Part shown: one piece after another, positions 51,453-64,000 of the stretch
Layout: each line of letters opens with the position of its first letter
Numbering within the stretch: position 1 is the first letter of the stretch
Source: the human T2T-CHM13v2.0 reference genome, Homo sapiens
Direction: 5' to 3' (one strand)
Assembly: GCF_009914755.1 (NCBI RefSeq)
Contig: NC_060937.1
Length of the DNA: 64,000 bases
The notes under the pieces: generated by a model
Databases searched by the model: none
Seen by the model: the letters and a program-made list of their open reading frames with translations, nothing else
What the model was told of the DNA's origin: nothing
Translations under genes and position numbers: made by a program

Positions 51453-51717
51453 AGGCCCTTTCTGGACTGGGTTAGAAGGCTGGGAGAGGTGCCAGCCTCT
51501 GGTGTTCCTCTGTAGAGTAAAGCCAAGGATTCCATCTTCTCCCTAGGATGATGTCCATTATCTGATAACCTATCAAGGTGATCTCCGGCTGCAGTCTCTC
51601 CTCTGGAGGAGATGGGTAGAAGAAATGCTTGAAGTTCTGGGGATCTGGGGGCTGGGTTGCAACAGAGCTGTTGAGAAGGTAACTAGGAACAGGAGCTGTC
51701 CATTAGATTTTGGTTGA

Positions 51718-52304
51718 ACCACTATGGAAAACAGTGTGGACATTTCTTAAAGAACTAAAAGTAGAACTACAATTTGATCCAACAATCTTACTACTGGGTA
51801 TCTACCCAGAAGAAAAGAAGTCATTATATGAAAAAGATACTTGCACACATGTTTATAGCAGCACAATTCATAATTGCAAAAACATGGAACCAACCCAAAT
51901 GCCCATCAATCAACAAGTGGATAAAGAACCTGTGGTATATATATACAATGGAATACTACTCAGCCATAAAAAGGAATGAGTTAATGGCATTTGCAGTGAC
52001 CTGGATGGGATTGGAGACTATTATTCTAAGTGAAGCCACTCAGGAATGGAAAAATGTTCTCACTCATAAGTGTGAGATAAGCTATGAGAATACAAAGGCA
52101 TAAGAATGACACATGGGACTTTGGGGACTCAGGGGAAAAGGATGGGAAGGGGAATGAGGGATAAAAGACTACAAATAAGGTGCAGTGTATACTGCATTGG
52201 GAGATGGATGCATAAAATCTCACAAATCACCACTAAAGAACTCACTCGTGTAACCAAAAACTACCTGTTCCCCAATAACCTATGGAAATTAAAAAAAAAA
52301 AAAA
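51718..52304 (+). mobile_element. 5'-truncated L1 (L1PB-like) 3' end
   Basis: ORF2 C-terminal remnant, 3'UTR and poly-A; TSD AGATTTTGG(T/C)TGA. Confidence 0.88.
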
Positions 52305-52389
52305 AGATTTTGGCTGAGGAATCTGCTCTTGGTAAATTAACTTTCACCTTCCATGTTTGCATTTTGATTTGTTTTTCCTTCCTTACTGG

Positions 52390-52835
52390 TTGTGATAGAT
52401 TGATTTATTGGCCCTGATTCTTCACTCTTTCCCGTGTTCACACCTCTACCCATGTGACTTGGCAGTTCCACCCACTAGAGGCAGATCTTACTTGTTCCTC
52501 AGCTTTGGGCTCACCCTGTGACTGGCTTGGTCAATGGGCTGTTAACAGATATGTGAGCAGGACTTAATATGTGTTTGCATGGTTAGGCTTATTTTTTCAG
52601 GCCTTTGCCACCATCATGAGAAAAACATGCCAAGCTTGCCCACTGGTCCAAGGAGAATAAGGGATGTGTGGATAAGATCTGATCTCAATTTGCAGCTTAG
52701 AGCTATTCAGCCAAGCTCAGCCTGTATCAGATGGCCCTCCAGCCAATAAACAGATGCATGAGCAAAATGCATGCTTGTTAGGATGTGTCACTGAGATTTT
52801 GTGGTTGTATGTTATGTTGCTATGGCTGACTGATA
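52390..52835 (+). mobile_element. MLT1-type MaLR LTR
   Basis: TGTGATAGATTG...CACTGAGATTTTGTGGTTGTATGTTATG..GCTGACTGATA; recalled similarity. Confidence 0.6.
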
Positions 52836-53627
52836 AATTAGTTAAAGTTCCTTTTGACGCACTCCAATGTTCTCTTTGCTGAATTTATAAGTAAAAGTAT
52901 TTCCCAAACTTTGGTTAGGGTATCTGCTGGAATCTAGATGCTCCTAAGTCCAGGAGGCCATCTCCAAATCCTGGGGAGGGCTGCAGCAAGTCTAGAAAGA
53001 AAGAAAGAGGATTTAGGAAATGCTAATCAACCTGGAATAAGAATCTGTTCTTACGCTTTGAAAAGTTTGTTGTAAAATGAATGCTTCCATTTTATCTTTA
53101 GGTCAAAACTGTAGAATGTTCAGCTCTGATGAGATAAACTGAGGCTGCTTGGGAGAGAATTTTTGGATCTGCCTGGAATTTGTGCAATCTGAAATGAAGA
53201 CCATGGAGGCTCTATGTGAACCACGAGACTAGAAAGAATGATGCCCATTCTCCTGCTTCCAGGAAGGACTGTATTTTTACACATAGTATTTTTGTTCTGA
53301 CTATGACAAAAATACATACACATTTTGGAAAGTACAGAAAATAATAAAGAAAATGAAAACAATCTACAATTCTACTACCCAAAGATGATTACGATTGGCA
53401 TTTGAAATTTTCTGAGTTTACAAAAAAATGCCTTTTATCCTGCCTTTTAAAAAATGCATAGCATTATATCTGAAGAATTCTTTCATGTTGTTAAAGACTC
53501 TTTGTAAACATTAGTTTCAAGGAATGATACTATTTCGGAGATGGTTTTCCTGTTATTTGTGTTACCAATTCCCTAATGTTAGGAATTTAGTTATTTTCAA
53601 TTTTTCACAAGGGTAAATAATGCTTAA

Positions 53628-53952
<325 letters not shown>

Positions 53953-54007
53953 CTGGCCTGTTAGTTTTTATTGTTATCTTAGAACAGATTACTAAATGTA
54001 TAAAAGG

Positions 54008-54008
<1 letters not shown>

Positions 54009-54058
<50 letters not shown>
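54009..54058. repeat. (AC)25 microsatellite
   Basis: Directly visible. Confidence 0.95.
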
Positions 54059-54066
<8 letters not shown>

Positions 54067-54069
54067 GTG

Positions 54070-55865
54070 TGTGTTAGTCTGTTTTCATGCTTCTGATAAA
54101 AACATACCCAAGACTGGGAGACTGGGCAATTTACAAAAGAAAGAGGTTTATTGGACTTACAGTTTCACATGGCTGGGGAGGCCTCACAATCATGGCAGAA
54201 GGCAAGGAGGAGCAAGTCACATATTATGTGGATGGCAGCAAGCAAAGAGAGAGCTTGTGCAGAGAAATTCCCATTTTTAAAACCATCAGATCTCATGAGA
54301 CCCATTCACTCTCATGAGAACAGCATGGGAAAGACCCGCCCCCATGGTTCAATCATATCCCACCAGGTCCCTCTCACAACACATGGGAATTATGGGAGCC
54401 ACAGGATGAGATTTGGGTGGGGACACAGAGCCAAACCATATCATTCTGCCCCTGGCTCCTCCCAAGTCTCATATCTTCACATTTCAAAACCAATCATGCC
54501 TTCCCAACAGTCCCCCAAAGTCTCAACTCATTTCAGCATTAACTCAAAAGTCCACAGTCCAAAGTGTCATCTGAGACAAGGCAAGTCCCTTCTACCTATA
54601 AGCATGTCAAATCGAATGTAAGTTAGTTTCCTCCATGGGTACAATAGGAGTACAGGCATTGGATAAATACAGCCATTCCAAATGGGGGAAATTGGCCAAA
54701 ACGAAAAGGCCACAGGCCCCATGCAAGTCTGAAATCCAGCAGGGCAGTCAAATAAAGCTCCAAAATGATCTCCTTTGACTCCATGTCTCACATCCAGGTC
54801 ATGCTGATGCAAGAGGTGGATTCCCATGGTCTTGGGCAGCTCCACCCCTGTGGCTTTGCAGGGTACAGCCCCCATCCTGGCTGCCTTCACAGGCTGGAAT
54901 TGAGTGTCTGCGTCTTTTCCAGGTGCATGGTGCAAGCTGTTGGTGGATCTACCACTCTGGGGTCTGGAAGACAGTGGCCCTCTTCTCACAACTCCACTAG
55001 GCAGTGCCCCCATAGGGACTCTGTGTGGGGGCTCTGACCCCACATTTCCCTTCTGCACTGCCCTAGCAGAGGTTCTCCATGAGCACCCACCCCTGAAGCA
55101 AAGCTCTGCCTGGATATCCAGGTGTTTCCATACATCTTCTGAAATCTAGGTGGAGGTTCCCAAACCCCAGTTCTTGACTTTTGTGCACTCGCAGGCTCAA
55201 CACCACATGGAAGCTGCCAAGGCTTGGGCCTTGCACCCTCTGAAGCCACGGCCTGAGTTCTACATTGGCCCCTTTCAGCCACAGCTGGAGTGGCTGGGAC
55301 CCAGGGCACCAAGTTTCTAGGCTGCACAGAGCACGGGAGCCCTGAGCCTGGCCCAGGAAACTGAATGCCTTTAACAGCACCTTTAATAGCACCTCTTGAA
55401 TGCTTTGCTGCTTAGAAATTTCTGCCAGATACCCTAAATCATCTCTCTCAAGTTCAAAGTTCCACAAATCTCTAGGGCAGGGCAAAATGCCACCACTCTC
55501 TTTGCTAAAACATAGCAAGAGTCATCTTTTCCCCAGTTCCCAACAAGTTCCTCATCTCCATCTGAGACCACCTCAGCCTGGACCTTATTGTCCGTATCAC
55601 TAGCAGCACTTTTGTCAAAGCCATTCAAGTCTCTAGAAAGTTGGAGTTTCCCACATTTTTTTGTCCTCTTCTGAGCCCTCCAAATGGCTCCAACTTCTGC
55701 CTATTACCCAATTCCAAAGTCGCTTCCACATTTTTGGGTGTCTTTTCAACAACGCCCCACTCTGCTGGTACCAATTTACTGTATTAGTTCGTTTTCACGC
55801 TGCTGAGAAAGACATTCCCAAGACTGGACAATTTACAAAAGAAAAAGGTTTAATTGGACTTACAG
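54070..55865 (-). mobile_element. THE1B-like provirus: complete 3' LTR 54070-54443, internal 54444-55779, truncated 5' LTR 55780-55865
   Basis: Two TGT(A/G)TTAGT LTR edges; THE1-int ORF remnants; second LTR breaks off after GGACTTACAG. Confidence 0.9.
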
Positions 55866-56139
55866 CAAAGATTTTTAAAGTATCCTCAAAGAATACCAAG
55901 GAGAACTAAAACAGAAACCCTCACACATAGCTGGTAAGAGTATAAATTGGCACAATTTGCTTCAGAAATTATACCCTGAGTCTTAAGAATATTCATTTTG
56001 GCTGAGTGTGGAGGCTCACGCCTGTAATCCCACCACTTTGGGAGGCTGAGGCAGGAGTTCGAGACCAGCTTGGGCCATATGTCGAGGCTACTTGGTATTC
56101 TAGACCATGATCTGAGGTCAAGCCAGTGGACAGGAAAAT

Positions 56140-56162
56140 CCTGAGGTCAACCTGACCTCAGG
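56140..56162. promoter_or_regulatory. Perfect estrogen-response-element palindrome (AGGTCA-ACC-TGACCT) with 10-bp arms
   Basis: CCTGAGGTCA ACC TGACCTCAGG; motif match only, function unknown. Confidence 0.5.
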
Positions 56163-57149
56163 TTGAAGAACTAGCCCAACAGGACGGTTATAAGGGGAGG
56201 TTCGTTTATGATTTTGCTCCACGAGTATTGCTCATTCTACGTATCTATTATTTGTAAAAGATCAGCACATAATAATCCATCCACAAAGGCCGTTTACCTT
56301 TGTCTCTGCTAAGGGTTGATTTTCCATCTGATCCAAAATAAGCAGCCAAATGTACTACTGTATTAAAAGTAAAAACATCAGGAATCCAGATAAAGGTGAG
56401 TTTTAATGTTCTTTGCTTTTTATTTTGGCTTCTAAGGTGGAGTCAAAAGCTGTCTAGCAACCCCTAGCTGGGGTAAAATAATTCCTATGAATGAACTCAG
56501 GGTCCTCTGAGGACCAGGCAGGAGAGAAGGAAGAACCAAGAAGAAAGCAAGGGAGAGACAAATGAGGAAACAGAACAAGAGCTGAGAAACCAGACACAAA
56601 AGTTGTCTCTGATGTGAAATTAGACAAAATGCCATGACTATTGGCTTAGGGCACACCACTTAAAATGAACATCTTAATGAGTTTTATTCTATGTGTGTGC
56701 ATTATTTCCGTGGGAAACATGGCAGGTGTTAGGCTAAGGTTTGGGTAGGTGATGGTTAGTCCGCTTGACATCTACAAGTTTAAGAAAGGCCCCTTTCCTT
56801 GGACTTTGAGAGGATTTTGAAAAGAAAAGCGATCACTGGAAGGTTTTAGGACCGCCAAGAAGGCAATTTTACAACATTCATTAGACATACAGTGTGAAAC
56901 ATCTCTGCTTTGTGTTTCTGGACAGTAGAGATGACATGGCCTTCAATGGCTGGGGTGACTATTCCCCTCCAAAATTAAAGACTTGGAACTTAATTAGGAA
57001 ATTGAGCTTTCAGAAGAATTTGGCCGCCTTTTATTTGTTCTCAAAATCCACTAGTCAATTAAACAACTCATTTGAACTTCCACTTCTTGCCAAAGTAGAC
57101 TAAGAGAGGCAGGAATTACCCTCCTGTGGGCCTGTCTTACAGGGTAAGA

Positions 57150-57830
57150 AAAACCAAACGGTTTTGCCTGCTCTGACACACACTCAACATGACTCCCCTG
57201 ACACCAGATTCTCCAGTGGACACAGCTGGGAGGTGTCCTATAATTCAATTCTGGAGATGCTGTCAGATCCTGCAGGTTGAAGACTCAGTCCCACCGGACC
57301 ACCCCCACTTCAGATGCCAAGTCCCAGGTGGTGACCTGAACTTTTGACCAATGGGCTATAAATTGGAGTTCCCATGACCGCCTCCTTGGGTTTGATTAGT
57401 TTGCCAGAGTGGCCCTCAGAACTCAGGAAAACACTTTACTTCTGTTTAGCCATTTATTATAAAGGACATTACCAAGGATACAGATGGACAGCCAGAGGGA
57501 GGAGATGCACAGGGCTAGGTATGGGAAGGGGCACGGAGCTTCCATACCCTCTCTGGATGCGCCACCCTCTGGGAACCTCCAGGTGTTCGGCCATCTGGAA
57601 GCTCATCTGCACCCTTGGCATTTTGTGTTTTTATGGAGGCCTTATTACATATACATGATTGATGATATCATTGGCCCTTGGTGATCAACTTGACCTTCAG
57701 CCCCTCTCTTCTCCCTGGAGGTTGGGGGAGGGGGTGGGGATGAAAGCTCCAACCCTCTAATCCTGCTTGGCCTTTCTGGTGACCATCCTCCACCCTGGAG
57801 CTATCTAGGGGAGCCCAAGAGGAGACAAAG
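57150..57830 (-). mobile_element. MER21-type LTR
   Basis: ATTCTCCAGTGGACACAGCTGGG..GTGTCCTATAATTCAATTCTG...CCCCCACTTCAGATGCCAA...GGCTATAAATTGG; recalled similarity. Confidence 0.75.
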
Positions 57831-57899
57831 TTGCCCAGAGAAAGAACTCTGGAAGTCTGCAGAGGGGTCTCGTGAGCATTATGGTGAGCACTGAAGAAT

Positions 57900-58890
57900 A
57901 TATGTGAGGAAACTAAGCCAAGGATGGGGAAAGACCCACCTGAAGGACTAGAGGGAGAGTCTTTCCAACAAATGGTGCTGGAACAATTGGTATCCATGGG
58001 TACAAAGATAGACCTGAATGTAAAACTGCAAAACATCTAGAAGAAAACACAGGATCTTTATGATCTTCAGTCAGGCAAAGATTTCTCAGATAAAACACTG
58101 CAAGCAAGATCTTTAAAAGAAAAAATGGATAAATTGGCCTTCATCAAAATTAAAAACTTCTGCATTTGAAAGAGATAGCTAGGAGAGATTTGTACACAAA
58201 AATACTCATAGCTTTATTTGCAATGGTAAAAACCTGGCTGCAAGTCAATGTCTTCTTTCCCTCATCCTTGTCAACAAGCGTTATTGTCTGTCTTTTTGTT
58301 TTAGCCATCCTAGTGTGTATAAAGTAGTATCATTTCCCTGATCGCTAATTGTGTGGAACATATTTTCATGTGCTTATTGGCCATTTGTAAATCTTCTTTG
58401 GAGAAATGTCTTCTCAAATCCTTTGCCCATTTTTCAACTGGCTTGTCCTATTGTTGAGATGTAAATGTTCTTCATATATTCTGGATACAAACTCCTTATA
58501 AGATATATGATTTGCAAATATTTTCTCCCATTCTGTCTGTCGTCTTTTCATTTTCTTGATGATGTCCTTTGAAGTGCAAAAGTTTTAAATTTTGATGAAG
58601 CCCAGTTTACCTTTTTTCTTTTGTTTTTTTGCACCTTTGGTGTCACATCTAAGAAATCATTACCTAATCCAAAGTCATGAAGATTTGCATCTGTGTTTTC
58701 TCTGTGAGTTTTATAGTTCCAGCTCTATTTTAAGTTAATTTTTGTATATGGTGTGAAGTTGTGGAGATATGTTCTTTGTCTTGATTATGGTGATACACTG
58801 GTGTACATACATACTAAAACTTAGCAAATTATACACCTAAGTGCAGTTTATTGTATGTCAACTATATCTCAATATATCAGCTTTAAAGAG
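57900..58890. mobile_element. Mosaic of old L1M fragments (sense ~57940-58240, antisense ~58245-58760, sense 3' end ~58760-58885)
   Basis: TCTTTCCAACAAATGGTGCTGGAACAATTGG (sense) versus TCTTTGGAGAAATGTC..CCTTTGCCCATTTT (antisense). Confidence 0.7.
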
Positions 58891-60024
58891 TGATTTCTTA
58901 ATAATGTAACAATAATACATATTTATGATATAAATGTTTTTAAATAGAAAGGTATATAGAGATAAAAAATCACAGATAGCCCCATCACTGACTGTTAACA
59001 TTTTGTTGCTTTTCCATTTTATTTCAGTCTTTGTCAGTTTTATTTTAAACATCTTTATCGTGTTTTAATATTTTTCAAGAATATTAAGAATATTTTTAAC
59101 ACTAAAGAATGACTATTTTATTTGTTTAATTAACATTTAATTAAAATTAAAATGTAATTAAACAGTCCATTAAAAATAAAATTTAAAATTAGCTAAGATT
59201 CCATATTTGAAAAAGTTTGGAACAGGAGAGGACTGGAGTCTTACAGGATCCCAGCTGGGAAAGGACTTGTTCTCCCTAGATTCCTGTTGTACTGTTTAAT
59301 TTTTTTATAGTGTGCATAAAAATAAATTCATTTCCATTGAAAAGATACATAACCTTTCTTTTGTCTGTTCTCAGAAAGAGCACCTTTAATCCAGACATGT
59401 TCTGATTCCTCAGTGTCCTCACGGCTGCAGCTTAAGAGGCTCTTTTGCCCTTTCTTGGGCTCCCTTGGGTGAATTTCGATGGCTTTCCCAGTGGGAAAGG
59501 AGGGAGAGGACCAGGCAAGAGCAAGAATCTGCTGAGCACGGAGCGCAGCGCACGGAACCCCACACTGCTCACGGTCCGGTTGGTATCACCATATGCTGGG
59601 TGTGTTGGCATGAGAGTGAGAGGAATTCCTCTGAGGGGAGTCTTCACCATACCCTAATCTAAGACAGGATTTAACCTAAGGCTAGGAAATGGCCACCAAA
59701 CCTCAGCCTTCCACAGCACGAGGTGGTTCCAGCCTACCCCATCCGGAACAGGTCAGCCCCTCCCGCTGCGTGTTAGTTTCACTTCCTAGAAGTTTCTCAG
59801 GGCAGCTACTGGCTGTGGAGGAGAGGTGGGGGCGCTGCCTGGGAGCCCCTGGTGGCATGACAGGGGGAAATCTTGTTTTTCCCGTAAGCGCTTCACTTTA
59901 TCATCTTTTACAGAAATCTGTTTTCCAATAATATAGCAGTAGCTGAATTTCCAACCAGAAGCAAGGAAACCCATCATCTGAAAGTTGAAATTAAAATAAA
60001 TTTTAGGTTAGCAGTTCAACAAAT

Positions 60025-60350
60025 AGTATCTCTCCTAGTCCTTTTGAGCTGCTGTAACCCACTACCCTAGACATAACACAGTGCTGGGTGGCTTACAACA
60101 ATAGAAATGTACTTCTCACCGTTCTGGGGGCCGAAAGTCTGAGATCAAGGTGCCTGCAGGATCGGCTCCTGGGGAAGGCCCCTTTGCAGGTTGCAGACTG
60201 GAATCCTGTCTGAGGTCCCTTTTATAAGGCACTAATCCCATTCATGAGGGCTCCACCCTCATGACCTAATCACCCCTCAGAGTCCCCATTTCCTACTACT
60301 ATCCTATTGATGGCAAGGACTTCAACATATAAATTCTGGGGGTCATAAAC
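60025..60350 (-). mobile_element. MLT1A-type LTR, followed by an antisense L2 fragment (~60360-60650)
   Basis: CTGGGTGGCTTACAACAATAGAAAT...GGCACTAATCCCATTCATGAGGGCTCCACCCTCATGACCTAATCAC. Confidence 0.8.
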
Positions 60351-61930
60351 AGTGACTGGAGGCCCACTCCGTGCCAGGCCCTGTGCTAGGTGTTGGGGAT
60401 AGTGACTTAGGTAAGACTGAAGTGGCCCTGCTCTCTGGGACTCAAGTGACTCTATGTGAATAGGGGCCTGCTCAGAGGCACAGAGAGGGAACTCACCCAG
60501 ACTGGTAGGGTCAGGAAGGGCTTCCTGGAGGAAGTGGCATGTCCACAGAGATTTAATGGATGAGCACATGTAGCCAGGAGAAGGCAGAGGGGAGAGTATT
60601 CCAGCTGAGGACACAGCATGAGGACGGCACCTGGTAACCAAGACGCTTGTCATCTCTGAGCCTCAGGAAAGTTGGTAACTGTTCCAACCTGTCCTCAGCT
60701 GTCTTGTGGGGGCAGTGAGGAGCACTCCTGTGCCTGCACTTCAGCCAACCTGTTTGAGGCCATGAGTGAGGCTGCGGTCATTATGGGGAGATGCCCAGAG
60801 GGAAAAGTTCTTAAGCACATGGGGCTGGGCCTTCAGCCAACCACGCATGGTGAGCTTCTCACTCCACTGCTGACCCTGGCGATCCAGATTTAGTCCAGGG
60901 AGACAGCAGGTTTGTTCACATACTTTGGTGCAATTTGTCTGATCAGATTTGTTAGCCACCGGGCAATGGGATGGAGACGTTTACGTGGACGGACAATGAG
61001 AGGGCGTTGGAACCGGAAGCTCTGGGTGCATGGCCCTGGAAAGAGACCAGGCCAGCGACCATGAAGCTGAGCAAGGGTTTGCCTGGGGCTGGCTCTGACT
61101 AGATAATAATAACGAGTGCTTATTGATTGCGCTACAATCAATCCTAACGGCTTCACATATATTAACTCATGGGAAAAACTGAGGCCCAGAAAGGTCAAGT
61201 AACTTACCTAGCACAAAGCTACGTAGCAGTAGAGCTGGGATTTGAAAGTAAGTTGTCTGATACTATTCTACCTCTCCATGAGGGTGGAAGCTGATGATGG
61301 CATTAACCTGTGCAGCATTGATTGTGCTCCAGGTCCTACTCAGGCCAGGTATTGTTCTGGGTTCCTGAGATTCACCAGTGAACAAGACCAGCAAAGGCCC
61401 TGCTTTCATGGGCTTATGTTCTAGTGGAGAGACAGGTTAAAAAAAAAAAAGATAGTTAAAAAATAATTTCAGAGAGCAACAAGTGGTATGGAAAAATTAA
61501 AACAGAAATGTGACAGAGAGTAACAAGGAGAATTGGAATGAATTTAAGTGGCTTGGAGGTCGCAGGAAGAGAATGAATTGACAGGACCTAAGCGTGGGCC
61601 ATGCAGAAAGATTGCATCTCAAGGACTGTTTCCTTGTCTCGGTAGATGCTGTGAGGTCAGCACGCCAGAAGTCATCATCCACCCAGTTTTTATTTCTTAG
61701 AGATGGAGCAGCCACCCCAAAATTAAGGCAGTCCTAGAGTTTAATGTTTAATAAATAAAGGAGCATTATTTTAAAAATTTTCCCTATTTGTCCAGTGATA
61801 CCAGGTTTTTAGTTTGGCTCTTCATTTTGCATTTAATATTAAACGTGTTACTACTTACACCTGAAAAGAGATCCCTTAGGAACAAAGACTCACAGCGTTT
61901 GCATTACAAACTTCCCTGTGCTGATTTTGA

Positions 61931-62577
<647 letters not shown>

Positions 62578-63269
62578 AGCACTTCAGGAGTTTTATGAGA
62601 CCAGTGCCGCTGGCTCCTAGACTGACCTATTCGATTGTGGAGTGTCACCCCTGGACCCCACCCACAAGCCCTAAGAGCTTAAAAGTCTATGGGACAAGGT
62701 TGGTTCTGACATAACTCACGGTTAGCAGCTGGGTCCCTTGAAGGGGAGCAGGAAGTAAGGAAGTTTCAGTGGCCAAGTGCGGTGACCACCTGCCTGTGCC
62801 AGGCCCCAGTGACGGGGTGGAGGGGTCAGTGCACTGCACCCTGGGATGCCAGGTGGACACGGGTTCCTAGTCATGCTTTCACTCTCCCCTGGGCCTGTCG
62901 CAGGTGTGTTCTTTCCGAGCCTCCCCTCCTTCCTTTTGCCGTAACTCTGGCGATGGCCAACAGTGCGGGGAGGGCAGGATAACTGCAGCCAGGGTACCCA
63001 GCCAGGAGGAGCTGGGGACGCTAGGGTAGAACAGGTCTGGTGTGGGAACAGAAAGGACAAAGGCAGGGAGCAGCAGTAGTCAGCCAAACCACGAAGTGGC
63101 AGCAAGTCCTGGCCAGGTGGATGGGGCGGGGGCTGGCAGGAATGCCACGGTGGGTCAGGTAATGTGTACAAATGCCCAGGCAGGGACACCCATGGGGACT
63201 TCCTCTGGGAGCAGGTGAGGGGCTGGCCAGTAGTGGGGAAAGTGGGCTAGGTGGCTAAGGCACAGCCTA

Positions 63270-63420
63270 GGCAGCAGTCTGCTGGGTGACCTTGGGCAAA
63301 GGACTTAATCTCCTTGGGCCTCAGTTTCCTTGTCTGTCAAAAAGGATGGCCCTGTCCTTCCCCACATGCTTGGGCTTATGATGTGGATGAGGTGATGAGA
63401 ATCTCAAGGGCCTGGGCTCC
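63270..63420 (+). mobile_element. MIR
   Basis: GGGTGACCTTGGGCAAAGGACTTAATCTCCTTGGGCCTCAGTTTCCTTGTCTGT core. Confidence 0.8.
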
Positions 63421-64000
63421 AGGCAGGTTGCCAACTCAATATAATATGATGAAGACCCAGTTCTCAGACTAAGATGCTGGGCGTGGCTTGCATCTGGAAA
63501 GTTCTAAGGTCAGAACTAGGCCTCAAGGTGGGGCTGAAAAGGCAGCAGAAGCTGTCGCAGAGGACCTGAGAGTCAGGCTGGCGCAGGGGTCCCCCAGGGG
63601 TGGGTGGAGATGGTTCCGCAAGGTGCTTAAGTGAGAAGCAAAATGAATGTTGAGAAATGCCTCATGACATAGCCCCTTCTTGGAGAGTTAGAAAGCATCG
63701 ACCGTATTAGTAGTTTTGAGAACTCCTGCTGTTAAGACACCTCTTTAATCCCAGTGATTCTCATACCGACCTTTCCCCCTTTTCCAAATACCTGGGAACT
63801 ATATACGCTAGAAACGTTTGGGTTTCAAATCTCTCAGAAGTCCTTCTTTCTCTCTTTGGGATTGGTCTTAGGGTGGGGGCTGTGGCAGAGGATTCTCCCC
63901 AGCCACAGGGATTGATGAAGGAACATAGCATAGGAACCTGGCCGGGCCTCATGCTATTTTATTTTTCTTTTTTAAGAGAATAAACTTTTGATTTTGGAAT

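Noticed and set aside
54151-55628. Cluster of 110-160 aa ORFs
   Set aside because: Remnants of THE1 LTR and internal sequence.

Overview
This is primate genomic DNA, almost certainly human chr13q14.11. It contains one protein-coding gene, RGCC (RGC-32): five + strand exons, ATG 4849 to TGA 17592, 137 aa, with a CpG-island/TATA promoter. Upstream lie a 75-bp SATR-type satellite with internal inversions (1-2698) and a HERV-E-like LTR. The primer-binding site of that LTR runs on into a complete antisense tRNA-Glu(CTC) copy fused directly into gag. Downstream (about 18.8-37.8 kb) is a nested LINE-1 stack: an old L1M contains a full-length L1MA, which contains a full-length L1PA7-like element, a 5'-inverted L1PA and Alus. 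The remainder is gene-free and repeat-rich (THE1, MLT1, MER21, L2, MIR, Alu). I see no new multi-gene system. The most unusual signals are the LTR-whole tRNA-gag chimera, an apparent gene-conversion tract between two inverted L1 ORF2 copies, a locally templated MER21 fragment inside an Alu, inverted Alus tightly flanking RGCC exons 3-4, and a perfect extended ERE palindrome. Repeat subfamily names come from recalled consensus sequences, not from a search.
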